From Utricularia gibba (Eukaryota > Plantae > Magnoliophyta): 64,000 nt of DNA. Positions within the stretch are counted from its first letter, which is position 1; every line of letters starts with the position of its first letter. Below are positions 53,701-64,000 of the stretch, in pieces. Position numbers and translations under genes: made by a program. The stretch is taken from contig NEEC01000002.1 of assembly GCA_002189035.1 (NCBI GenBank), forward strand, positions 6,758,881-6,822,880, written 5' to 3'. Below the pieces are notes generated by a model. The model was not told the origin of the DNA. It did no database searches and saw only the letters and a list, made by a program, of their open reading frames with translations.

Positions 53701-56700
53701 TATCGAGTGGATATCTTGCGAACGGTGATGAGTCATGTTGCACATATCATACCGTTTCGAAGCTCGTTCCGAGCCGGTCTTCTTTCGTGTTGAGAACTTG
53801 TTCGTCCGAGGCTGCACAAATGCTCGAAAGATTGCCTTATATTAGCCTTCAGATGTGCAACGAAGTGGCCACCACATTCGCGAAAATGTGACTCGGACAC
53901 CTGACTCGATGCGAATGTGATTTTTGACATGCAAGACGTATGTATTTCATGGACGATGTGAAATTTGGATTTCGAGATGATCATTTAAGGGTGTGTCCCT
54001 AGCCAACCTCATGGTGGCCTCGTGCACTCTTCGGTATCGAGTGGATATCTTGCGAACGGTGATGAGTCATGTTGCACATATCATACCGTTTCGAAGCTCG
54101 TTCCGAGCCGTCTTCTTTCGTGTTGAGAACTTGTTCGTCCGAGCTGCACAAATGCTCGAAAGATTGCCTTATATTAGCCTTCAGATGTGCAACGAAGTGG
54201 CCACCACATTCGCGAAAATGTGACTCGGGACACCTGACTCGATGCGAATGTGATTTTTGACATGCAAGACGTATGTATTTCATGGGACGATGTGAAATTT
54301 TGGATTTCGAGATGATCATTTAAGGGTGTGTCCCTAGCCACCACTCATGGTGGCCTCGTGCACTCTTCGGTATCGAGTGGATATCTTGCGAACGGTGATG
54401 AGTCATGTTGCACATATCATACCGTTTCGAAGCTCGTTCCGAGCCGGTCTTCTTTCGTGTTGAGAACTTGTTCGTCCGAGGCTGCACAAATGCTCGAAAG
54501 ATTGCCTTATATTAGCCTTCAGATGTGCAACGAAGTGGCCACCACATTCGCGAAATGTGACTCGGGACACCTGACTCGATGCGAATGTGATTTTTGACAT
54601 GCAAGACGTATGTATTTCATGGACGATGTGAAATTTGGATTTCGAGATGATCATTTAAGGTGTCCTAGCCACCACCTCAATGTGATTTTTCGCAAGATAT
54701 CATGGATATACGATTTTGAGCTTTCCACATTCTTCGTTTCGTGCTCGTTCCGAGCTTGCGTCGTCCGTGTTGAGAACTTGTTCGTCCGAGCTGCACAAAT
54801 GCTCGAAAGATTGCCTTATATTAGCCTTCAGATGTGCAACGAAGTGGCCACCACATTCGCGAAAATGTGACTCGGGACACCTGACTCGATGCGAATGTGA
54901 TTTTTGACATGCAAGACGTATGTATTTCATGGGACGATGTGAAATTTTGGATTTCGAGATGATCATTTAAGTGCCCTAGCCACACCTCATGGTGGCCTCG
55001 TGCACTCTTCGGTATCGAGTGGATATCTTGCGAACGGTCTTCTTTCGTGTTGAGAACTTGTTCGTCCGAGCTGCACAAATGCTCGAAAGATTGCCTTATA
55101 TTAGCCTTCAGATGTGCAACGAAGTGGCCACCACATTCGCGAAAATGTGACTCGGGACACCTGACTCGATGCGAATGTGATTTTTGACATGCAAGACGTA
55201 TGTATTTCATGGGACGATGTGAAATTTTGGATTTCGAGATGATCATTTAAGGGTGTGTCCTAGCCACACCTCATGGTGGCCTCGTGCACTCTTCGGTATC
55301 GAGTGGATATCTTGCGAACGGTGATGAGTCATGTTGCACATATCATACCGTTTCGAAGCTCGTTCCGAGCCGGTCTTCTTTCGTGTTGAGAACTTGTTCG
55401 TCCGAGGCTGCACAAATGCTCGAAAGATTGCCTTATATTAGCCTTCAGATGTGCAACGAAGTGGCCACCACATTCGCGAAAATGTGACTCGGGACACCTG
55501 ACTCGATGCGAATGTGATTTTTGACATGCAAGACGTATGTATTTCATGGGACGATGTGAAATTTTGGATTTCGAGATGATCATTTAAGGTGTGTCCCTAG
55601 CCACAACCTCATGGTGGCCTCGTGCACTCTTCGGTATCGAGTGGATATCTTGCGGTGATGAGTCATGTTGCACATATCATACCGTTTCGAAGCTCGTTCC
55701 GAGCCGGTCTTCTTTCGTGTTGAACTTGTTCGTCCGAGCTGCACAAATGCTCGAAAGATTGCCTTATATTAGCCTTCAGATGTGCAACGAAGTGGCCACC
55801 ACATTCGCGAAATGTGACTCGGGACACCTGACTCGATGCGAATGTGATTTTTGACATGCAAGACGTATGTATTTCATGGGACGATGTGAAATTTTGGATT
55901 TCGAGATGATCATTTAAGGGTGTGTCCCTAGCCACCACCTCATGGTGGCCTCGTGCACTCTTCGGTATCGAGTGGATATCTTGCGAACGGTGATGAGTCA
56001 TGTTGCACATATCATACCGTTTCGAAGCTCGTTCCGAGCCGGTCTTCTTTCGTGTTGAGAACTTGTTCGTCCGAGGCTGCACAAATGCTCGAAAGATTGC
56101 CTTATATTAGCCTTCAGATGTGCAACGAAGTGGCCACCACATTCGCGAAATGACTCGGGACACCTGACTCGATGCGAATGTGATTTTTGACATGCAAAAC
56201 TATGTATTTCATGGACGATGTGAAATTTTGGATTTCGAGATGATCATTTAAGATTGTGTCCCTAGCCACAACCTCATGGTGGCCTCGTGCACTCTTCGGT
56301 ATCGAGTGGATATCTTGCGAACGGTGATGAGTCATGTTGCACATATCATACCGTTTCGAAGCTCGTTCCGAGCGGTCTTCTTTCGTGTTGAGAACTTGTT
56401 CGTCCGAGGCTGCACAAATGCTCGAAAGATTGCCTTATATTAGCCTTCAGATGTGCAACGAAGTGGCCACCACATTCGCGAAATGTGACTCGGGACACCT
56501 GACTCGATGCGAATGTGATTTTTGACATGCAAGACTATGTATTTCATGGACGATGTGAAATTTTGATTTCGAGATGATCATTTAAGGGTGTGTCCCTAGC
56601 CACACCTCATGGTGGCCTCGTGCACTCTTCGGTATCGAGTGGATATCTTGCGAAACGGTGATGAGTCATCTTCTTTCGTTGCACATGCTCATATATTAGC

Positions 56701-59700
56701 CTTCAGATGTGCAACGAAGTGGCCACCACATTCGCGAAATGTGACTCGGGACCCCTCGATGCGAATGTGATTTTTGACATGCAAGACGTATGTATTTCAT
56801 GGGACGATGTGAAATTTTGGATTTCGAGATGATCATTTAAGGGTGTGTCCCTAGCCACCACCTCATGGTGGCCTCGTGCACTCTTCGGTATCGAGTGGAT
56901 ATCTTGCGAACGGTGATGAGTCATGTTGCACATATCATACCGTTTCGAAGCTCGTTCCGAGCCGGTCTTCTTTCGTGTTGAGAACTTGTTCGTCCGAGCT
57001 GCACAAATGCTCGAAAGATTGCCTTATATTAGCCTTCAGATGTGCAACGAAGTGGCCACCACATTCGCGAAATGTGACTCGGGACACCTGACTCGATGCG
57101 AATGTGATTTTTGACATGCAAGACGTATGTATTTCATGGGACGATGTGAAATTTGGATTTCGAGATGATCATTTAAGGGTGTGTCCCTAGCCACACCTCA
57201 TGGTGGCCTCGTGCACTCTTCGGTATCGAGTGGATATCTTGCGAACGGTGATGAGTCATGTTGCACATATCATACCGTTTCGAAGCTCGTTCCGAGCCGG
57301 TCTTCTTTCGTGTTGAGAACTTGTTCGTCCGAGGCTGCACAAATGCTCGAAAGATTGCCTTATATTAGCCTTCAGATGTGCAACGAAGTGGCCACCACAT
57401 TCGCGAAATGTGACTCGGGACACCTGACTCGATGCGAATGTGATTTTTGACATGCAAGACGTATGTATTTCATGGGACGATGTGAAATTTGGATTTCGAG
57501 ATGATCATTTAAGGGTGTGTCCCTAGCCAACCTCATGGTGGCCTCGTGCACTCTTCGGTATCGAGTGGATATCTTGCGAACGGTGATGAGTCATGTTGCA
57601 CATATCATACCGTTTCGAAGCTCGTTCCGAGCCGTCTTCTTTCGTGTTGAGAACTTGTTCGTCCGAGGCTGCACAAATGCTCGAAAGATTGCCTTATATT
57701 AGCCTTCAGATGTGCAACGAAGTGGCCACCACGTTCGCGAAAATGTGACTCGGGACACCTGACTCGATGCGAATGTGATTTTTGACATGCAAGACGTATG
57801 TATTTCATGGGACGATGTGAAATTTTGGATTTCGAGATGATCATTTAAGGGTGTGTCCCTAGCCACCACCTCATGGTGGCCTCGTGCACTCTTCGGTATC
57901 GAGTGGATATCTTGCGAACGGTGATGAGTCATGTTGCACATATCATACCGTTTCGAAGCTCGTTCCGAGCCGGTCTTCTTTCGTGTTGAGAACTTGTTCG
58001 TCCGAGGCTGCACAAATGCTCGAAAGATTGCCTTATATTAGCCTTCAGATGTGCAACGAAGTGGCCACCACATTCGCGAAATGTGACTCGGGACACCTGA
58101 CTCGATGCGAATGTGATTTTTGACATGCAAGACGTATGTATTTCATGGACGATGTGAAATTTTGGATTTCGAGATGATCATTTAAGATGTGTGTGTCTAG
58201 CCACCTCATGGTGGCCTCGTGCACTCTTCGGTATCGAGTGGATATCTTGCGAACGGTGATGAGTCATGTTGCATATCATACCGTTTCGAAGCTCGTTCCG
58301 AGCCGGTCTTCTTTCGTGTTGAGAACTTGTTCGTCCGAGGCTGCACAAATGCTCGAAAGATTGCCTTATATTAGCCTTCAGATGTGCAACGAAGTGGCCA
58401 CCACATTCGCGAAAATGTGACTCGGGACACCTGACTCGATGCGAATGTGATTTTTGACATGCAAGACGTATGTATTTCATGGGACGATGTGAAATTTTGA
58501 TTTCGAGATGATCATTTGGGGTGTGTCCCTAGCCACAACCTCATGGTGGCCTCGTGCACTCTTCGTATCGAGTGGATATCTTGCAAACGGTGATGAGTCA
58601 TGTTGCACATATCATACCGTTTCGAAGCTCGTTCCGAGCCGGTCTTCTTTCGTGTTGAGAACTTGTTCGTCCGAGCTGCACAAATGCTCGAAAGATTGCC
58701 TTATATTAGCCTTCAGATGTGCAACGAAGTGGCCACCACATTCGCGAAAATGTGACTCGGGACACCTGACTCGATGCGAATGTGATTTTTGACATGCAAG
58801 ACGTATGTATTTCATGGGACGATGTGAAATTTTGGATTTCGAGATGATCATTTAAGGGTGTGTCCCTAGCCACCACCTCATGGTGGCCTCGTGCACTTCG
58901 GTATCGAGTGGATATCTTGCGAACGGTGATGTCATGTTGCACATATTACCGTTCGAAGCTCGTTCCGAGCCGTCTTCTTTCGTGTTGAGAACTTGTTCGT
59001 CCGAGGCTGCACAAATGCTCGAAAGATTGCCTTATATTAGCCTTCAGATGTGCAACGAAGTGGCCACCACATTCGCGAAAATGTGACTCGGGACACCTGA
59101 CTCGATGCGAATGTGATTTTTGACATGCAAGACGTATGTATTTCATGGGACGATGTGAAATTTTGGATTTCGAGATGATCATTTAAGGGTGTGTCCCTAG
59201 CCACACCTCATGGTGGCCTCGTGCACTCTTCGGTATCGAGTGGATATCTTGCGAACGGTGATGAGTCATGTTGCACATATCATACCGTTCGAAGCTCGTT
59301 CCGAGCCGGTCTTCTTTCGTGTTGAGAACTTGTTCGTCCGAGCTGCACAAATGCTCGAAAGATTGCCTTATATTAGCTTCAGATGTGCAACGAAGTGGCC
59401 ACCACATTCGCGAAAATGTGACTCGGGACACCTGACTCGATGCGAATGTGATTTTTGACATGCAAGACGTATGTATTTCATGGACGATGTGAAATTTTGG
59501 ATTTCGAGATGATCATTTAAGGGTGTGTCCCTAGCCACCACCTCATGGTGGCCTCGTGCACTCTTCGGTATCGAGTGGATATCTTGCGAACGGTGATGAG
59601 TCATGTTGCACATATCATACCGTTTCGAAGCTCGTTCCGAGCCTCTTCTTTCGTGTTGAGAACTTGTTCGTCCGAGCTGCACAAATGCTCGAAAGATTGC

Positions 59701-62700
59701 CTTATATTAGCCTTCAGATGTGCAACGAAGTGGCCACCACATTCGCGAAATGTGACTCGGGACACCTGACTCGATGCGAATGTGATTTTTGACATGCAAG
59801 ACGTATGTATTTCATGGGACGATGTGAAATTTTGGATTTCGAGATGATCATTTAAGGGTGTGTCCCTAGCCACCACCTCATGGTGGCCTCGTGCACTCTT
59901 CGGTATCGAGTGGATATCTGCGAACGGTGATGAGTCATGTTGCACATATCATACCGTTTCGAAGCTCGTTCCGAGCCGTCTTCTTTCGTGTTGAGAACTT
60001 GTTCGTCCGAGCTGCACAAATGCTCGAAAGATTGCCTTATATTAGCCTTCAGATGTGCAACGAAGTGGCCACCACATTCGCGAAATGTGACTCGGGACAC
60101 CTGACTCGATGCGAATGTGATTTTTGACATGCAAGACGTATGTATTTCATGGGACGATGTGAAATTTTGGATTTCGAGATGATCATTTAAGGGGTGTCCC
60201 TAGCCACACCTCATGGTGGCCTCGTGCACTCTTCGGTATCGAGTGGATATCTTGCGAACGGTGATGTCATGTTGCACATATCATACCGTTTCGAAGCTCG
60301 TTCCGAGCCGTCTTCTTTCGTGTTGAGAACTTGTTCGTCCGAGGCTGCACAAATGCTCGAAAGATTGCCTTATATTAGCCTTCAGATGTGCAACGAAGTG
60401 GCCACCACATTCGCGAAAATGTGACTCGGGACACCTGACTCGATGCGAATGTGATTTTTGACATGCAAGACGTATGTATTTCATGGGACGATGTGAAATT
60501 TTGGATTTCGAGATGATCATTTAAGGGTGTGTCCTAGCCACCACCTCATGGTGGCCTCGTGCACTCTTCGGTATCGAGTGGATATCTTGCGAACGGTGAT
60601 GAGTCATGTTGCACATATCATACCGTTTCGAAGCTCGTTCCGAGCCGGTCTTCTTTCGTGTTGAGAACTTGTTCGTCCGAGCTGCACAAATGCTCGAAAG
60701 ATTGCCTTATATTAGCCTTCAGATGTGCAACGAAGTGGCCACCATTCGCGAAATGTGACTCGGGACACCTGACGATGCGAATGTGATTTTTGACATGCAA
60801 GACGTATGTATTTCATGGACGATGTGAAATTTGGATTTCGAGATGATCATTTAAGATGGGGTGTGTCCTAGCCACAACCTCATGGTGGCCTCGTGCACTC
60901 TTCGGTATCGAGTGGATATCTTGCGAACGGTGATGAGTCATGTTGCACATATCATACCGTTTCGAAGCTCGTTCCGAGCCGGTCTTCTTTCGTGTTGAGA
61001 ACTTGTTCGTCCGAGGCTGCACAAATGCTCGAAATTGCCTTATATTAGCCTTCAGATGTGCAACGAAGTGGCCACCACATTCGCGAAAATGTGACTCGGG
61101 ACACCTGACTCGATGCGAATGTGATTTTTGACATGCAAGACGTATGTATTTCATGGGACGATGTGAAATTTTGATTTCGAGATGATCATTTAAGGTGTGT
61201 CCCTAGCCACAACCTCATGGTGGCCTCGTGCACTCTTCGTATCGAGTGGATATCTTGCGAACGGTGATGAGTCATGTTGCACATAGCATACCGTTTCAAG
61301 CTCGTTCCGAGCCGGTCTTCTTTCGTGTTGAGAACTTGTTCGTCCGAGCTGCAAATGCTCGAAAGATTGCCTTATATTAGCCTTCAGATGTGCAACGAAG
61401 TGGCCACCACATTCGCGAAAATGTGACTCGGGACACCTGACTCGATGCGAATGTGATTTTTGACATGCAAGACGTATGTATTTCATGGGACGATGTGAAA
61501 TTTTGGATTTCGAGATGATCATTTAAGGGTGTGTCCCTAGCCACACCTCATGGTGGCCTCGTGCACAAATGCTCGAAAGATTGCCTTATATTAGCCTTCA
61601 GATGTGCAACGAAGTGGCCACCACATTCGCGAAAATGTGACTCGGGACACCTGACTCGATGCGAATGTGATTTTTGACATGCAAGACGTATGTATTTCAT
61701 GGGACGATGTGAAATTTTGGATTTCGAGATGATCATTTAAGGGTGTGTCCCTAGCCACCACCTCATGGTGCCTCGTGCACTCTTCGTATCGAGTGGATAT
61801 CTTGCGAACGGTGATGAGTCATGTTGCACATATCATACCGTTTCGAAGCTCGTTCCGAGCCGGTCTTCTTTCGTGTTGAGAACTTGTTCGTCCGAAGCTG
61901 CACAAATGCTCGAAAGATTGCCTTATATTAGCCTTCAGATGTGCAACGAAGTGGCCACCACATTCGCGAAAATGTGACTCGGGACACCTGACTCGATGCG
62001 AATGTGATTTTTGACATGCAAGACATATGTATTTCATGGGACGATGTGAATTTTGGATTTCGAGATGATCATTTAGAGGGTGTGTCCCTAGCCACAACCT
62101 CATGGTGGCCTCGTGCACTCTTCGGTATCGAGTGGATATCTTGCGAACGGTGATGAGTCATGTTGCATATCATACCGTTTCGAAGCTCGTTCCGAGCCGG
62201 TCTTCTTTCGTGTTGAGAACTTGTTCGTCCGAGCTGCACAAATGCTCGAAAGATTGCCTTATATTAGCCTTCAGATGTGCAACGAAGTGGCCACCACATT
62301 CGCGAAAATGACTCGGGACACCTGACTCGATGCGAATGTGATTTTTGACATGCAAGACGTATGTATTTCATGGGACGATGTGAAATTTTGGATTTCGAGA
62401 TGATCATTTAAGGGTGTGTCCCTAGCCACCACCTCATGGTGGCCTCGTGCACTCTTCGGTATCGAGTGGATATCTTGCGAACGGTGATGAGTCATGTTGC
62501 ACATATCATACCGTTTCGAAGCTCGTTCCGAGCCGGTCTTCTTTCGTGTTGAGAACTTGTTCGTCCGAGCTGCACAAAATGCTCGAAAGATTGCCTTATA
62601 TTAGCCTTCAGATGTGCAACGAAGTGGCCACCACATTCGCGAAAATGTGACTCGGGACACCTGACTCGATGCGAATGTGATTTTTGACATGCAAGACGTA

Positions 62701-64000
62701 TGTATTTCATGGACGATGTGAAATTTGGATTTCGAGATGATCATTTAGGGTGTGTCCCTAGCCACCACCTCATGGTGGCCTCGTGCACTCTTCGGTATCG
62801 AGTGGATATCTTGCGAACGGTGATGAGTCATGTTGCACATATCATACCGTTTCGAAGCTCGTTCCGAGCCGGTCTTCTTTCGTGTTGAGAACTTGTTCGT
62901 CCGAGGCTGCACAAATGCTCGAAAGATTGCCTTATATTAGCCTTCAGATGTGCAACGAAGTGGCCACCACATTCGCGAAAATGTGACTCGGGACACCTGA
63001 CTCGATGCGAATGTGATTTTTGACATGCAAGACGTATGTATTTCATGGGACGATGTGAAATTTTGGATTTCGAGATGATCATTTAAGGGTGTGTCCCTAG
63101 CCACCACCTCATGGTGGCCTCGTGCACTCTTCGGTATCGAGTGGATATCTTGCGAACGGTGATGAGTCATGTTGCACATATCATACCGTTTCGAAGCTCG
63201 TTCCGAGCCTTCTTTCGTTGTTGAGAACTTGTTCGTCCGAAGCTGCACAAATGCTCGAAAGATTGCCTTATATTAGCCTTCAGATGTGCAACGAAGTGGC
63301 CACCACATTCGCGAAAATGTGACTCGGACACCTGACTCGATGCGAATGTGATTTTTGACATGCAAGACATATGTATTTCATGGACGATGTGAAATTTGGA
63401 TTTCGAGATGATCATTTAAGATGGGTGTGTCCCTAGCCACACCTCATGGTGGCCTCGTGCACTCTTCGTATCGAGTGGATATCTTGCGAACGGTGATGAG
63501 TCATGTTGCACATATCATACCGTTTCGAAGCTCGTTCCGAGCCGGTCTTCTTTCGTGTTGAGAACTTGTTCGTCCGAGGCTGCACAAATGCTCGAAGATT
63601 GCCTTATATTAGCCTTCAGATGTGCAACGAAGTGGCCACCACATTCGCGAAAATGTGACTCGGGACACCTGACTCGATGCGAATGTGATTTTTGACATGC
63701 AAGACGTATGTATTTCATGGGACGATGTGAAATTTTGGATTTCGAGATGATCATTTAAGGGGGTGTCCCTAGCCACCACCTCATGGTGGCCTCGTGCACT
63801 CTTCGGTATCGAGTGGATATCTTGCGAACGGTGATGAGTCATGTTGCACATATCATACCGTTTCGAAGCTCGTTCCGAGCCGGTCTTCTTTCGTGGTTGA
63901 GAACTTGTTCGTCCGAGAGCTGCACAAATGCTCGAAAGATTGCCTTATATTAGCCTTCAGATGTGCAACGAAGTGGCCACCACATTCGCGAAAATGTGAC
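29705..64000. repeat. Tandem satellite array, ~100 head-to-tail monomers (339-bp type A; ~347-bp type B near the edge), continuing past the window end
   Basis: Identical landmarks recur at 339-bp spacing (e.g. 41419/41758, 50099/50438). The monomer runs GGGTGTGTCCCTAGCCACCACCTCATGGTGGCC...TTTCGAGATGATCATTTAA. All copies share one orientation. I saw no retroelement coding domains inside the array. Confidence 0.98.

Noticed and set aside
29630-64000. Hundreds of repeated 60-226 aa ORFs on both strands
   Set aside because: They are translations of the satellite monomer in several frames. They are broken at random by indels, often start at non-ATG codons and show no recognisable domain.
29705-64000. 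CRISPR-like array
   Set aside because: The monomers are contiguous near-identical units with no unique spacers, there are no cas genes, and the context is a plant nuclear genome.
29705-64000. 5S rDNA array (similar unit length; contains ATCATACC and CGTGTTG)
   Set aside because: Only these short words match. The 120-nt 5S sequence, its internal A/C boxes and the oligo-T terminator cannot be aligned to the monomer.

Overview
Flowering-plant (probably eudicot) nuclear DNA in two sharply separated halves. Bases 1-29.1 kb are gene-dense with short introns (mostly ~70-130 nt). They contain the 5' part of ERECTA (running off the left edge), an SLC25A44-like mitochondrial carrier, COG8, eIF4A, a CoAc1-like mitochondrial CoA carrier, CBL10, an uncharacterised membrane-anchored coiled-coil protein, an ENOD93-family gene and three single-domain potato type II (Pin-II) proteinase-inhibitor genes. 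From ~29.7 kb to the window end is one head-to-tail satellite array of roughly 100 monomers (339 bp main type; ~347 bp variant near the edge). The array has diverged edge copies, short higher-order patterns and several scrambled patches. Four -1 frameshifts in two otherwise intact genes all fall in G/C homopolymers, so the assembly probably carries long-read indel errors and fine detail should be checked against reads. Gene identities come from my recall of family motifs, not from database searches. I found no convincing new biological system. The best leads are the uncharacterised satellite (edge evolution, higher-order repeats, abrupt border with genes) and the diversified Pin-II cluster next to it.
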